From: Octopus sinensis
Lineage: Eukaryota
DNA: 64,000 nt
Direction: 5' to 3'
Assembly: GCF_006345805.1 (NCBI RefSeq)
Contig: NC_042999.1
Span: forward strand, 140,802,001-140,866,000
Shown here: positions 1 through 13,961 of the stretch, in pieces
Position numbering within the stretch: the stretch's first letter is position 1
Layout of the letters: each line of letters opens with the position of its first letter
Made by a program: the position numbers and the translations under genes
Notes under the pieces: model-generated
Told to the model about the DNA's origin: nothing
Database searches by the model: none
Seen by the model: the letters and a program-made list of their open reading frames with translations, nothing else

Positions 1-263
1 CCAACCCATCTAGTAAGGCAGTAACTTCAAGTAGGGGTCGCCTTACACTGTGACTACCCAGCCAACTCATGCCAACATGAAAAGGCAGAAGTACACGCAC
101 ATATACATATGGAGTGCAGAGATGGCAATGTGATTAAAGAATTAGATTACCAACTATATGGCACCTTGAGTATAAGCCTTCTATTACAACCTTGAGCTGA
201 CCAAAGCCTTGTGAATAGATTTGGTAGATGAAAACAGAAAGAACCCAATGTGTGTGTGTGTAT

Positions 264-301
<38 letters not shown>

Positions 302-915
302 AACCACCTTCACACTGGCCATCTTTGTCCTCTCCTGTCCCCAAAAAACCACTTTATCTCTTTCCACTTCCAGTCACATCAGCAATATAACTACACTTGA
401 GCTGCAGGTGATTTTTTCCCCCCTTCTTTGGACTCTTCCTTTTTTCCTTTCCAGCAAAGAGCTATGCTCAAAATGTGAAAAACTCTCTTTTTACTGAGCA
501 TCAAACTAATATATTCCATGTGTACATCCTCTTGTTTGTTATTGTTATTTTTAACATCATTTATTTGATTTCACACACACACACACATTTAATGCCCAAC
601 TTCATTCTGGCAGGGGTTGAATGCTATGACAGGGTCTGACAAGTTCAGAGTCAGAGGAATATGTCACAAACCAATTTCTATTTTGGTGTGCTTACTACAT
701 TTGGATGCCCTTCTTAATGCCAACCACTTAAGGGAGTGTACAGGTTGTTTTTCATGGCACCAGCACTAAATATATACATATATATGGAATTGTGTGTATA
801 TGTGTATACACACATACTCAATATATACAATATATAATATATATTATAATATGTATAAATATAATATATCATACTATGTATAAATACATGAATATAGAAA
901 TATATATAAAATATA

Positions 916-1115
916 AGCGCAGGCATGGCTGCATGAGTAAGATATTTTCCAAGTGCATATTTTTGGATACAGTCCCACTGTGTGGTTACTTGGGCAAGTG
1001 TCTTCAACTATAGGTTAAGGTCGATGGGGAAGAGTATCTGATCACAGAAAATTTGTCTGTATGAATTTCGTCCAATCAAAGCATGCATGGAAAAGCATAT
1101 ATCATAACAACGTAA
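916..1115 (+). mobile_element. tRNA-head SINE (family 1), degenerate copy
   Basis: gcgcaggcatggctgcatgagtaag...gatacagtcccactgtgtggttacttgggcaagtgtcttc is similar to the intact copy at 5076. Confidence 0.7.
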
Positions 1116-1605
1116 AACAAAAATGTATAATATACTGTATATTGTTAGTATTTTAATTATACAGTAGTTCATCCCACAGGTATAACTCCTACTCTTCAAT
1201 ATCTCTCATTATTTTCTCACTTCCATTCATGCACTCTAAGTAGTTAGACCACTACTTTTTGTCAATGCAGAATCAACATCTTTGGTGGTGAATACATACC
1301 TTATAACTAAATTACTGCATTCTTATTTATTCCCTAATGCATTGATGTAAGCATACTGTAATGTGGGTGCTTAAAAATTGTTATTTTCATGCATATTAAT
1401 GTTATTATTACTTTCTTTTTCTTCAGAAAAGTTCTGTCAAAATTCATTTCAATTTATAACACAGAAGCCAATGGAAGAATAGGTGTCACAATATGGAATT
1501 CCACTTTATGACAAAATTTTCTGAAGCACAATGTTTCTGTAATGTTAGGGATGAGATGCAAATGTGTGTATGTGTGCATATACATTATATATGATGTGTA
1601 TACAT

Positions 1606-1650
<45 letters not shown>

Positions 1651-4600
1651 TTTGAGAAGAATTGATATTACAAGCATTGAGTAATAGTAGTCATTCTTGA
1701 ATGTAAGGAAACAATGTGAATTAAAAATGCATTTGCATAGCTGTAAATGCTGCACACAAAGATGAATACAGACTAACACCTAACAACTTTCTATTTATTA
1801 TTTTTCTCTTTTATCTTCTCTTTTTGAAGTGTGAAGTAATTTAATTTTTGTCATGTCTCATATCTTGTGAGAAAACAAAAAAAAGGAAATATAAATATAT
1901 AAATTCAAAATTTTTTAAAAACATTTGTTGCGTAGTTGAATAAGTAATTAAAATAATAAAAGGATGAAGAAAAAATCCAGGTAGTAATAATATCACTAGT
2001 AACCCAGCCAAAATGTTGATTTATCTCTGAAACATTTGTCTGACTCAGATAAAGTACTAAAGAAGAGAAATGTGAGTGTAAATATGAATATGCACACACA
2101 TATTGCAGCTAAAGATGTATGTGAGAAAGAAAGAAAGAAAGAAAGAAAGGTAGATAGATACAGATCAAGTGATGTTAGAAGGGGATAGAAAAGAGGAGAA
2201 AACAACCCATTAGCTCTAAAATAAAACAAAAATAACATGATAGCTGAAAAGAGGAAGTGAAAGCACTACAATAAAAGAATATCTGAAACCAGAGATATCT
2301 GTACATCTTCGTATCAAAAATACATAAAAAGACAAAAAAATTTTTACAATCAGAATATAGATATATAGCTAGATTAAAACAAAGTGAGAACATCTGATTT
2401 TGTAGATAATTATTTTGCAAAGCAATTTGTATACAGAGTTTTATGCTCAGGAGGAATACAACTGTTATCCTTTCAAGTTGGATACTTTGTATGTTCCCTT
2501 CCATAAACACTTCTGCAAGCTAGCAAAAACCCTTCTGGAAATAGCAGCCAAATCTTACTGAAGTCAGATCCTACCATCTAAATAATGAAAACCTATGGGA
2601 TAATTATAGTCCAGATATATCTGAAAACAAGACAGGAAGATTGTAGTTGGAGTGTCTTTAATCATAGATCTGCTTGATCAGATCAGAACTTAGGCTAAAC
2701 AACACCAGCAAATACTTTTGCTCCTATGAATTTGCTGACTATATAAGACTTATACCAAAATTTACTTTATTTTTCACTTAACTACTTCAAAAATCTTTCA
2801 TTTGGACATATTAAAATATCACCCAATCCTTTCTCCTCAGCTAGCCCTGTACACAATGGATATCTCTTAACTACTTATGTTTTAGCTATGTCAATGCAAC
2901 TGCTAGCTTGCAAGTAATTCAGATAGAAAACTTACTATATAAGGCTTATCCAAGTCTTTCAGCCCTTATACTAAAATAAATATAAAATGAGGAGGTTTTT
3001 CTAGACTGATAAGATTTGCAACAATATCCATATGAAGAAAGTGAGCAATAGCTGAACACTGCTAAAATGCACAAGAGGATTTAAAAACTGCCACAATGCT
3101 CTTCTGAGTAATGCAATGAATTATAGAGATACGGCTAATTAATGAAAAATTTCAAATCTAATGCCTTTATGAACTCTAAACCAGTGAAGTAAATCAGAAT
3201 TTATCATGAATTTCTATAGTATGAAGCAAATGAGTGACAAATACTCCTTGGTAAACAAGGTTTAACACAAAATCAGAAGACACAGCATAAGTGTTTCTGT
3301 CATAATTCCCTATTCTTTGCAAATTGTATTAACACTATATTCAGATTTTCAAAATTTTTCTAATCTCACAAACAATTCCAGATAGCTAAACTGTTTGTTT
3401 GGATGATTTGAGAATAGAAGGATTTGATATATATATGAAATAATAAAAGGAATAGGGTTGGCATAAAGTTGGTAGATTAGGCTATCAAGGACTGTTGTTT
3501 TGGCATAGTAAGAAACAGAAAGCAGATAATAAATGTAGCAATAGTTTTGAACTGTGTGTTTATAAGCAGTAGAAGTAGTTTTGTTCCTTTTATGATATAT
3601 TATGTCTGATATTTTGGTGCAGTTTAAGAAGACTAATTTTCTCAAGCCTTCAATGCAAGATGTTTGGAGAATCCTTACTCATAGCAAATGCAAAAATATG
3701 GCAGAAAGTTTAAAGGTTTCATGCATACTTAAAAGTGAAAATGACAAGGTTGACACAAATGAATAGAAGTAGAAGTTCTGTTCTATTATAATCTGTGTGG
3801 TATCATATTAGAATACTGAAAACTTAAAAAATGAAGTAGTTGAGCAAGTGTCTTCCACCTATCTTGAGTCAACCAAAATCTTGTGAGTGAAATTTGGTAA
3901 GTGGAAGCTCTGTATGTATGTGTGTGCATGCGTGCATGGATGCATACACACACTCACACACACACACATGTGTATTGGGGATGATAAAAATCAGCACTTC
4001 AAGCAAAATTAACTCATAGTATTTTGTTTGATCAAATACTATCTTGGTTGGTTTCCCTACTCTTATTCAAGTTTACCTTTTACTTTCTTCTACTGCTAAT
4101 AAAATAAGCACCTAACAACTGGGATCAATATCATCAACTAAAATCTTTGAAGGCCCCAGCATGACCACACTCCAATGAATAAAATCAGTAAAAAAATGAA
4201 AGAATAAAAACAAGAAACTCAGCAAAGTAATGGAATTAAGCTTCAAACAAATCAACACAGACATATAACTGCCAAACACTATTCTAAATGACATTTTCAA
4301 TCATTTTTTTAATGGAACACTTTTCTAACATGAACTCATAAATTTACATATATATTCAAAAGTATCCCTTGAATGATACAAAAAGCCTACTTGTTTTACA
4401 ACTACAGTATGGGATAGAATGTGTATCATGATTAGGGAATGATTAAGAGGGTTAAGTGAGAGTGATGTAAAACTTAAAAAGAATGTAATAATCTTTGTAA
4501 CTGTTGAAGAATAACTGGATTAAGTTATCTAAACTGCACTCAGCAACCCACTGGAATATACTTAGGAACATAAAACAAGATTTCGTAGATATATTTTTAA

Positions 4601-5075
4601 ATGAATGAATCTTTTAGTGATGTATTTTTAGCATGGTTGTATGACTTGACATAATGCACTCATAGAACGTGACTTTTATGGGTCAAAATTTGATAGTTAT
4701 TTTCTGTAATAGTAGATATACATAAAAGAGCAAACTGTTTAATATGGTTCTTGGGGAAAAGGTTTTGGGAAGGAGTGCAATTAGAAGTACCTAAAAGATA
4801 TTTTCAGTGATGACTGAAGCAAAATGAAAACACTTCTGAGGAAACCAACATTAGGAAAGAAAGAACCTATAATGGTTTTAATGTTATACAATCTTATAAA
4901 ACAAGATGATAAAATCAGGTGAATTAGATTTCTGCAACTGACCTGCAAGTGTTATAGTTCTTTCAGTCACCTGTTCTTTAAGTGATACAGTTTTGTTTAG
5001 AAAGAAATCACCGTGCAAACAGGTTTTGGTAGTTTTGATGGGGTCTTGGTTGGAAAGCAACATAAACATAACATA

Positions 5076-5240
5076 GGCGCAGGAGTGGCTGTGTGGTAAG
5101 TAGCTTGCTAACCAACTACATGGTTCCGGGTTCAGTCCCACTGCGTGGCATCTTGGGCAAGTGTCTTCTGCTATAGCCCCGGGCCAACCAATGCCTTGTG
5201 AGTGGATTTGGTAGGCGGAAACTGAAAGAAGCCCGTTGTA

Positions 5241-5303
<63 letters not shown>

Positions 5304-5500
5304 CTGTGTTTGTCCCCCTAGCATTGCTTGACAACCAATGCTGGTGTGTTTACGTCCCCGTCACTTAGCGGTTCGGCAAAAGAGACAACCGATAAAATAA
5401 GTACTGGGCTTACAAAGAATAAGTCCCGGGGTTGATTTGCTCGACTAAAGGCGGTGCTCCAGCATGGCCGCAGTCAAATGAGTGAAACAAGTAAAAGAGT
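5076..5500 (+). mobile_element. Near-intact tRNA-derived SINE (family 1) with central (TA)n
   Basis: A-box-like tggctgtgtggt, B-box-like ggttcagtccc, core ttgggcaagtgtcttc, internal (TA)n/(TG)n and tail gtgctccagcatggccgcagtcaaatgagtgaaacaag. Partial copies near 150-260(-), 13975-14135(-), 40725-40870, 43090-43205, 44965-45135(-), 48925-49110, 53600-53785(-) and 62112-62335. Confidence 0.9.
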
Positions 5501-6061
5501 ATATGCATAGACACATACCAGCATGCACCTAAGACATCACATTTTTATAATAAAAGTACTGCTTGTTGTAGGCAATAAGTGAATAACAGAAGGAAAAGGG
5601 TCAACTCCAGTACTAGATTCAAAAGATATGATGTGTATCTAGGTTTCGAAGTAATATATGCATAAAAAATACATAGATGCATGCATGCAATAGCATATCA
5701 GTGTGATACACATACACACTCACTCACACATGTAAATGAAAACGGGGGCTCTTTAGCCTTGCTGTACGCAATCTTTAGTATTAGTGAATTGATAAAAATG
5801 TACTCAGTCTAAAGGAGTTCACAGTAGGAAGAACATCCAACTATAAAAACAGATAAAAATATGACATACATAACAACAAAGTCTGATGATTAGCTCTGCA
5901 GCTGTGTGTATTCCTGATGACAAAGGACTGTAACAGGTAGCAAAATGCTGTGAGACCTATTCAATCTGTGCAAGCATAGGAAATGACAATGAGTAATATG
6001 AAAACGATCAAAATTTGTGTATATCTATATATTTTAAATAACAGAATAATATAATGTAATA

Positions 6062-6113
<52 letters not shown>

Positions 6114-7984
6114 GATGCTATCAAAGACTGTTGTTCTAGCATTGTAAGAAACAGAAAGAGGACACAATGAAAGTAGTAATATTTTTGAGCTGTGTTGCAG
6201 TAGAAGCAGTTTTGTTCCTTTTATGATATATTTAAATTACTTTTAGAAAATCTTAATATATTTGTTGCTTATGATGAAAGAATAGCCAAAATATGGGTGG
6301 AAAACTGATACAAAAAGTAAAAGAGTTTAAAGCAATATATGTTTTAATGTTGATCTACAAATCAAAAGAGCAAGTGGGAAAAGTTAGATCAGTAGGCACA
6401 AAGAATATGAAAAACATCTGCTTATCTTGAGAGTGAGACATTATCAGAACAAAGATTTATAGAGATTTTATTATTAGTTTTATAAATTGGTGAGATATAT
6501 AAGAATTATTAAACATTTTATGTAAAAGATAAAAATAGAGGTAGAAAGTTTAATTCACAAGTAACTTTAGTAAAAATATAATAGAAACGAATATAAGGTG
6601 GGATCCATTACATTATTGTCTAATATCAAAATCCAGCAGAGTTCACTGACAAATCGACTAATTAGATGAAATGAAAATGCACTCCAAATGACAGACTATA
6701 GGAAGAAAAATAGAGTTTATGGAGGAAACATTTGCTAGCTATAGATTCATATTAGAATATAACATTTATTGAACCAATAAGGCAATTTCCATACTTTTAT
6801 TACTAAAACTGAGGTAAGAAAGATATGCAAGCTATTTCACTTTTTCATACTAGTTTAGCTTTTAAAAATAACAATGTCAAAGGGAATATAATTTTTCATT
6901 TTGATCTTTAAAATAGGAAATAAACAACAACATTCCAATCCAACAATATTGTATGAATAAATAGATTTTAAAATTAATAAGGAGGAATTTCAAGAGATTA
7001 TAAAGCCTGTTCTTTACACTGGGCTGACCCTGTATCCATCAAATGAAGTTTAGTGTGAACGAAAGAGTAAGCAAGAAATCATTCTACTTGAAATTTTACA
7101 AGAAATTTATTCTTTTCTAAAATCTTCCATGATCTCATAATTAAATCAACTGTAACCAAGTTGTTTGGTAATAAAATATTCTTAGTGTTGTGGTAGTTGA
7201 TAGTCATGTGGTTAGAGTATTTTGGAAACCATTTGGTTCTTTATGTAAAAAATATTCAGTTTCTTTTCATAATAGCTAAGATTATGGGAGTCTTGGCGTG
7301 TTTTCTCATGTCACCTGGCAAACACAGTAACAAAGAAACTATGCAAAATTTGTTGCTGACTATATTTTATGGTGTGGATTAGAAATATTATATTGTGTTG
7401 TAGACACTAGAAAGGTTGTCCTATGCAGGAGAACTAAAGAGCACTGCCCCCTATCATATATCAGTTCTAATTTTGAAGTTATTGACCTCCTATAATGTGG
7501 CTTGTAGACTTCACATCACATTCACACATTCCATTTTTTAAACACAGTTTCTACAGCTGGATATTCTTCCTATTACCAACTACTTTACATCATGTATTGG
7601 GTGCATTTTATTGTATGAGCAGCACTATAGGATTTGTCTCACATGGAGAAATTAAATACTCCCCTCCAACCTGTAGCAATTTTTATTCAGAGTTTTTATC
7701 TTCTTTGCTGTAGTGTGGTTTGTGGAAAAGTTTTTAATACTGCTTAGCTCTGTAACCACTTTGTTACTGTAACACTTACAGGGGAATTTAAAACATTTTT
7801 TCTTTATATATATATACATGTATTTGTGTGTGTATGTGTGTGTGTGCATATGTATGCCCACATGCAATTTGCTATAAAATATTTTTCTCAAATAAAAATT
7901 TATTTTGTGCAATTCATTTTCTAAATATGATGAAATGTATTGCCTAAATCAAAGAAGTCTATAAAAAAAATAATTATGCTACAA

Positions 7985-8203
7985 TATTGGCTTCAAATTT
8001 TGCCACAAGGTCAAGAATTTTGGGGGCAGGGTTAAGTTGATTACATCAATTCCAGTACTCAACTGATACTTATTTTATCAAACTTGAAAGGAATGAAAGG
8101 CAAAGTTGACCTTGGTGGAATTTGAACTCAGAAGGTAAAACCAGATGAAAAGCTGCTAAGCATTTTGCCTAGTATGCTAAAAATTCTGCTATCTTGCTGC
8201 CTT
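7985..8203 (-). mobile_element. tRNA-derived SINE (family 2)
   Basis: Reverse complement of the element at 15878-16110 (ttgaaaggaatgaaaggcaaagttgaccttggtggaatttgaactcag). Confidence 0.85.
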
Positions 8204-8273
8204 TAATGATGCTATAATATTAAATGAAATACATAAAATGTATAAACAATATAGAATTATATAAACTGTTATA

Positions 8274-8765
8274 TCATCCTCATCGTTTAACATCCACTTC
8301 CTATGCTGGCATGGGTTGGATGGTTTGACTAAAGACTGGTGAGCCAGATGGCTGTACCAGGCTCCAATCTGATCTGGCAGAGTTTCTACAGCTGGATGCC
8401 CTTCCTAACACCAACCACTCCGAGAGTGTAGTGGGTGCTTTTACGTGTCACTGGCACGAGGGCCAGTCAGGTGGGACTGGCACTGACCACACTCAAATGG
8501 TGTTTTCTACATGCCACCTGCACAGGAGCCAGTCCGGCAGCACTGGCAACGACCTCGCTCAAATGCTGTTTTTCACGTGCCACCAGCACAAGTGCCAGTA
8601 AGACGACGATGGTAATGATCAAATGGTGCTTTTTACGTGCCATCGGCACAGGAGCCAGTCAGTGGCCCTGGCAACGATCACACTCAGATGGTGCTCTTAA
8701 CATTCCACTAGCACGGATGCCAGCCAGGCAGTGCTGTCATCAGCCACATCAGCGAATTTGATTTC
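8274..8765 (-). mobile_element. RTE-LINE 3' UTR fragment (or SINE sharing that tail) with internal tandem units
   Basis: tcatcctcatcgtttaacatcc...gatgcccttcctaacaccaacc, followed by repeated ~55-65 bp units containing ggtgctttttacgtgcca. It is the reverse complement of the 3' ends of the RTE copies at 33010 and 49840. Confidence 0.85.
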
Positions 8766-9879
8766 TATAAAATATATTAAATAAATTCCATTTAAACATT
8801 ATTAATATTAGTGTAAGACAGCTAAATAGCAAAATTGACAGGGTGCTTGTATTTTCTTACATCCATTGTTCCCACAACACTGCAATGTATGCTTATGCAC
8901 ACATATTTTGATATCAGTACAAAAAAGAAATTATGTGCACAAGAAATTAATGTGAATATAAAAGGTTACACTAATATATTAATTGATCATATAAATTCAG
9001 TATGCACATGCTTTTCTCACAGAAAACAAGATTTTTTAGCACACTGACTATTAAATGTTGTTATTATTACTTGCAACCTTTAATTTGAGTTTAAATTTTG
9101 TCACAGTTAACTTTGAGTTGCAGCTGCATGGGGGATGATAAAATATCAGTCATGTACAAGGCTAAATTTAATTGACTATACCCAAGGGCCAAGGAACAGG
9201 AGGTGCAGGTGGTGCACTTGCACCCCTAAAATTTTTAGCAGGTGCAAAATCAACATCTGCAGCTTCTACATAAGTATTTTTTAACCTTTTTACCCTTGCG
9301 TAATCCTTCAAATAAATTACGTGTCTCAAGGAACCCCTGCAGAAAAAAATTATATACCATAGCTTTCTCATATTTTTTCATTTGTAGCTCATGTGGTAAA
9401 ATATATATATATATATATATACATACATATATACACAAAGTATGGGGGGTTTAGTTCACAGGTGATCTAAATGATTAGGTACACTAGGTAAGTGCTGTAA
9501 CAGATTACTGGGGCTCCAAAGTTGTAGCCACGACAGTAGTTATGGAGCCATTGCAGATTTCCAGTGCAGTGGATATATAATTGTTAAACAGGATGTCAAA
9601 CATTAAGGCAAGGCAAACATTTCAAGTCATATACAATATTATTATAGGAAGAAATTCAAAATCTTACACCTGTTTCTGGGATATACCCATGAATGGGATA
9701 TTCCATCATCAGAGACAAATAGGGGGCAAAAAATATGGAAAATGAGAATGGTATATATTAATAATATGACAACATAGAGAAAAGGAGTAAAAGAATAAGG
9801 AGATGGAAAGAGAAAAGAAAAAAGAAGCATAACAGTTCACAGTTCAACTTTCTGAATTTATAGAAACCAAAGAATGAGT

Positions 9880-10130
9880 CCTTAGGTGCAATCCTGCGTA
9901 GATCCACAAGTTTAAGTCTTTAGGCACAGAATTACCTTTAAAGGTAAATATTTCTGTCCGCTTTGTAATGATAAAATGTATTTCATCCTGTTCACAGAGA
10001 ATCCTCTTTTAAACACGTTTAAAGAATGTGTTTATCATTGCAAACATAGGCAAAAACATACCTTTAATGATTTCTGCCATTCTATAAAAATTCGACCTTT
10101 AACTGTCTTCTTACATTTCACCTCCACTAA
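9880..10130 (+). mobile_element. Penelope-like element relic (GIY-YIG endonuclease C-terminus)
   Basis: Translates as GKYFCPLCNDKMYFILFTENPLLNTFKECVYHCKHRQKH, resembling the PLE C-terminal pattern CxLCxxEKxxI...LLNxRxE...CRHxxK (recalled pattern). Confidence 0.55.
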
Positions 10131-11020
10131 ATATGTCTAATTCTAAGCCTTTAAGATTTATTCCTCTATATCTCTCCACTATTATGACGTATATTTGCCA
10201 TTTGAATATGGCTAACCCTTAAGGGTGGATGCTACTGTAGTTTGTAGCCCCAGGAGGACACCTCCTCCAGCTGGCTATAGACACACTTTCTGTGCCCTAT
10301 CAGTATTTGCGAAGGGAAGCCATCCTTCCCGTCTTCAACTTATGATACACACGGACTTGAGTTTCAGAGTATTGACCCGTCATCGGCGTGTGACAATCAT
10401 AGTTGTCCTCATGAGACTTATCTCACTATTAGTTTTCTGCTAATTTCTTTCTTTCTCCTCCTTCTCTTTCTATAAACTGCCTTTAAAATTATATCTATTA
10501 ACAGTTTTTTTTAAAAAAACTTGCTAGTGTTCCCTTCCTCATATATGCGATCATCACATTCTGTTAAAATGTCTTACTGATGTGTTTGGTTTCTTTTGTT
10601 TCCCTGATGAGAAGATCGCATTGTTTTACATCATTTTATTCCTTTTGTACCAAAAGAGCATCCCAATATTTTATTACTCATCTTTTTTCTACTTGACCAG
10701 TGTGTAGGTGTAGGTAAGACCTGTAATTTGTTTCATCTCCTGCCTAGCATTCAATTCAACCCCCCCAGTTTATCTTTTCACTTTTCATTCTTTTCTTCCC
10801 TTCAATTCCATCACTCTCTCCTTCTCCTGAGCACTCTCATCAAACCTTTGGAACACAAGCACCACTATTTTCTTTCTGTTTTTTGTTAGTTTTTGTCATG
10901 TAGTGTCCCACATTTTGAAATACATGCAATTTGTACTTTTACTGTTTATGTTTGCTTCGCTTGATATTAAACATTTTAATATACAAAATATACTTTACAT
11001 TATTATATATACTATACATT

Positions 11021-11288
11021 AATGCAAAAGGCATTGTGTTTATTGACTGTCTTCAAAATGATCACACCATCAGTGGAAAGTTCAATGCCAACTTGCTAAG
11101 GCATTTATAAAAGGCTATCAAGACTAAGCTCCCAGAAAAACTGATGAATGGGGTCTTGTTTCATGAGGACAATGCTTCAGCACACAAGTCCTTGGTTTCA
11201 ATTGCTGTTGTGTATGACTGACTTTGAACTGGTTGATCTCCCTATGTTAGTGATTTGGTTCCATCTGATTATCATCTGTTTCCCAATA
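11021..11288 (+). mobile_element. Mariner (DD34D-type) transposase relic
   Basis: NAKGIVFIDCLQNDHTISGKFNANLLRHL*KAIKTKLPEKLMNGVLFHEDNASAHKS, then after frameshifts FELVD and DLVPSDYHLFPN (cf. FHQDNAPAH and YSPDLAPSDYHLF). Confidence 0.85.
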
Positions 11289-13906
11289 AATTTTTCAGTT
11301 ACCCTGAAGTTTACAGAGACCTTTTTGATTTAAATTTATCCTAAAGCAGTGAGTTTACTAGAAATTGCAGAGAGCTAAATTACTTTTTCTCCCTCCACAG
11401 TCTAATTACAAATTCCACCTGAGTTGAATTTTCACTCCAACCACAAGGAATGTTGCTTTTTAACCTTAGTTCTACCCTGATCAAATAGACCTATAATTAA
11501 GGATATTTTGACGAGAACTCTCCTGTTTGTTTTCGTTTTTTCTTTCAGGACATAATGTATCTAGGATTTCCTTATTACGTAACTCCTTCCTTTTGATGAA
11601 ATATGTGTTATACTAGGTAGCTTTGATTAACTACAAATAGCTTCTTCAACAACAATTAGCCTGCCTCTAGGTACGAAATCAATGTCTATATTAAGTTGTA
11701 TTAAGCATACACACATGCAAACAAAAATATCTTATCCATGTGCATGAAATTTAATAGTGTTAAAGTTATGCAATCGAGGAACAATTTTAAGATAAACTGA
11801 AGTTACAAAATATTTTAAGATTAACTAAATATACTAAATTGTGAGAAATAGTTTCAGATTCTGCAGAAACAATATTGGCAAATTCTTGGTAAAACAGAAT
11901 AAGGAGGAGAAGCTAGAAAACTATATATTATTTTTTTTCCTTTTTCCTTTTGTCTTTTGAGAAACTGCAATAGTCATTGTAGACTTTGGCAGGCTGTCAA
12001 TAACCCATAGCAGAAAGAATGAATATATGCAGAGAAGCCTGATATTCAGGGCGAAGACATTCTACAAAAAGGTCATCATAGCAACAGCCAAAGTAGATGT
12101 TACAAAACAGACTAAGTTTGAAGATATAAAAGTCAGCTTAAATAAGACACCCATTTCTTAGCTTTGAGAGGAGAATCTAAAAGTAACAGTTGCCAATATT
12201 AAAAAAAAAACTGCTTGAATTTTTACATTGGCAGAGATAAATGCAGATATCAGAACTACTTAAATGGTACTGATGATGGCTGAAGCTTTTTTTTTTATAT
12301 ATATAATGTATGATTTAATCTTCTTGATATTATTTTATCTTTCTCTCTCTCTTAATTTTATTTATTTATTAATTTTTTACAGTAAGTGAGAAGGTATGAA
12401 CAATAGAGTGCAGGAGTAGATACATTTATATATTCCAGTTTAATAATTCAAGACGTTAAGTTCAAATTCCTAAGATATTGCTTTTTTATCCCTCTGGGCT
12501 GATAAAATACATACTGGTAATTCAGTAATGTTGACTATATGTCCATAATGTAAATGAATACATTTTGTCATTAGAAATAAAATAAAAAAATAAGTGTATA
12601 ACATAAAGTGCACTAGTTCACTTAGTTTGAAATAGGCACTCTCTTCACTTCATAGCTGAGTTATTAACTTAGTCAACTACATCCAATTATACATAAAAAA
12701 AATTGCAGCTCAAGTAACTCATTCAAACAAAGTCTACAACTTGTCAAATATGCTACAACACTTGATCTTACACTTGCTTTAAACAATGAACAAATCTAAA
12801 AACAAAACAATTTAGCCAATCAATACTCAAGTGGAAACTTTGATGTAAAAATATTGATTTCTAACATAAGCATAATGCCACTAGAGCGATCACATTTGAC
12901 TGGTGATTATTTTATTGTTCCCTTACTCACCAAAGGATGGCAAAGTCAACTCTTAAAGAGACATAACTAAATACTGCACAAAATTTTTCTTCTATGCTCA
13001 ACTAATCCTGCTAAATACTTCCTGTTAAATTAAGATGAAAACGATGTATAAAATGTGCAAAGAACAGTGATTAAGGAGCAGTCAATCCAAAACAATAGTT
13101 AAATATTAAAATAAATAAAATCTTAGTCAGCAATAGCTTTAGCAGTTGTCAGCTGTCTTCAAATTCCAATCCCAAATGCAAACTAAGCAATATAAACAGA
13201 TCTATATCTCTCAAGATTATATGACTTTAAAACTGCCTAATCAACATGCAGTTTTTCCTCACTTGTAAAATTACACCACATGAACATTCCTTCACCTTAT
13301 CCTCATTGTTAATATTGCTGCCTGAATTTTATTTTATTCCAAGATTCTGCTTCAAACAATATGTATATTATTTTTAATCAAAAACTGAATAATGTTGAAC
13401 TAAACAGACCAAAATATATATACAGATGTATAGAGAAATAACAACAGTTTTGAAATATATTATTCTAAATTTGTGCATATGCATGTATGTGTAAATATAT
13501 GGTGTTAGCCAGTAATTGTCCTATAGTGACTGGTTTCCTGAAACAATATTGAAGCACAATGAAGCTTATATTCAAGTGCATTTGGTAAAAAGTATGTGTA
13601 ATACCATTTTAACATCCACTTTTCCAAGTTTGCATGGTCAGATGGAAATTGTTAAAGCAAATTTCCTACAGCTGGATCCCTTCCTTGTTGCTATCTCTCA
13701 ATGAATGACACCAATAATATGACAGTGATACCTATTTTCAACTATCACAGGATGTCAAGATGAGAAGGCACAAATATACACTCAACTCACATATACATAC
13801 ATATATACCATCATCATCACTTAACGTCCACTTTTCCAAGCTTGCATGGGTCAGATGAAATTTGTAGGAGCAGATTTTCTATCTCAGATGCCCTTCCTGT
13901 CACCAG

Positions 13907-13961
<55 letters not shown>

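Noticed and set aside
5076-5150. tRNA-like A and B boxes (also at 15878, 32348 and 53056)
   Set aside because: They continue into SINE bodies and lack a full cloverleaf, so they are not tRNA genes.
8492-8503. AC|ACCATTTGAG look-alike of the missing PFE exon (similar hits at about 6875 and 58140)
   Set aside because: These lie within an RTE tail, AT-rich DNA or a mariner relic; the following codons are not IS1 and there is no U12 branch point.
11499-11506. Additional minus-strand ATATCCTT 8-mers (also about 22896 and 51942)
   Set aside because: No upstream exon; this one lies inside a dispersed repeat, and short AT-rich matches are expected by chance.
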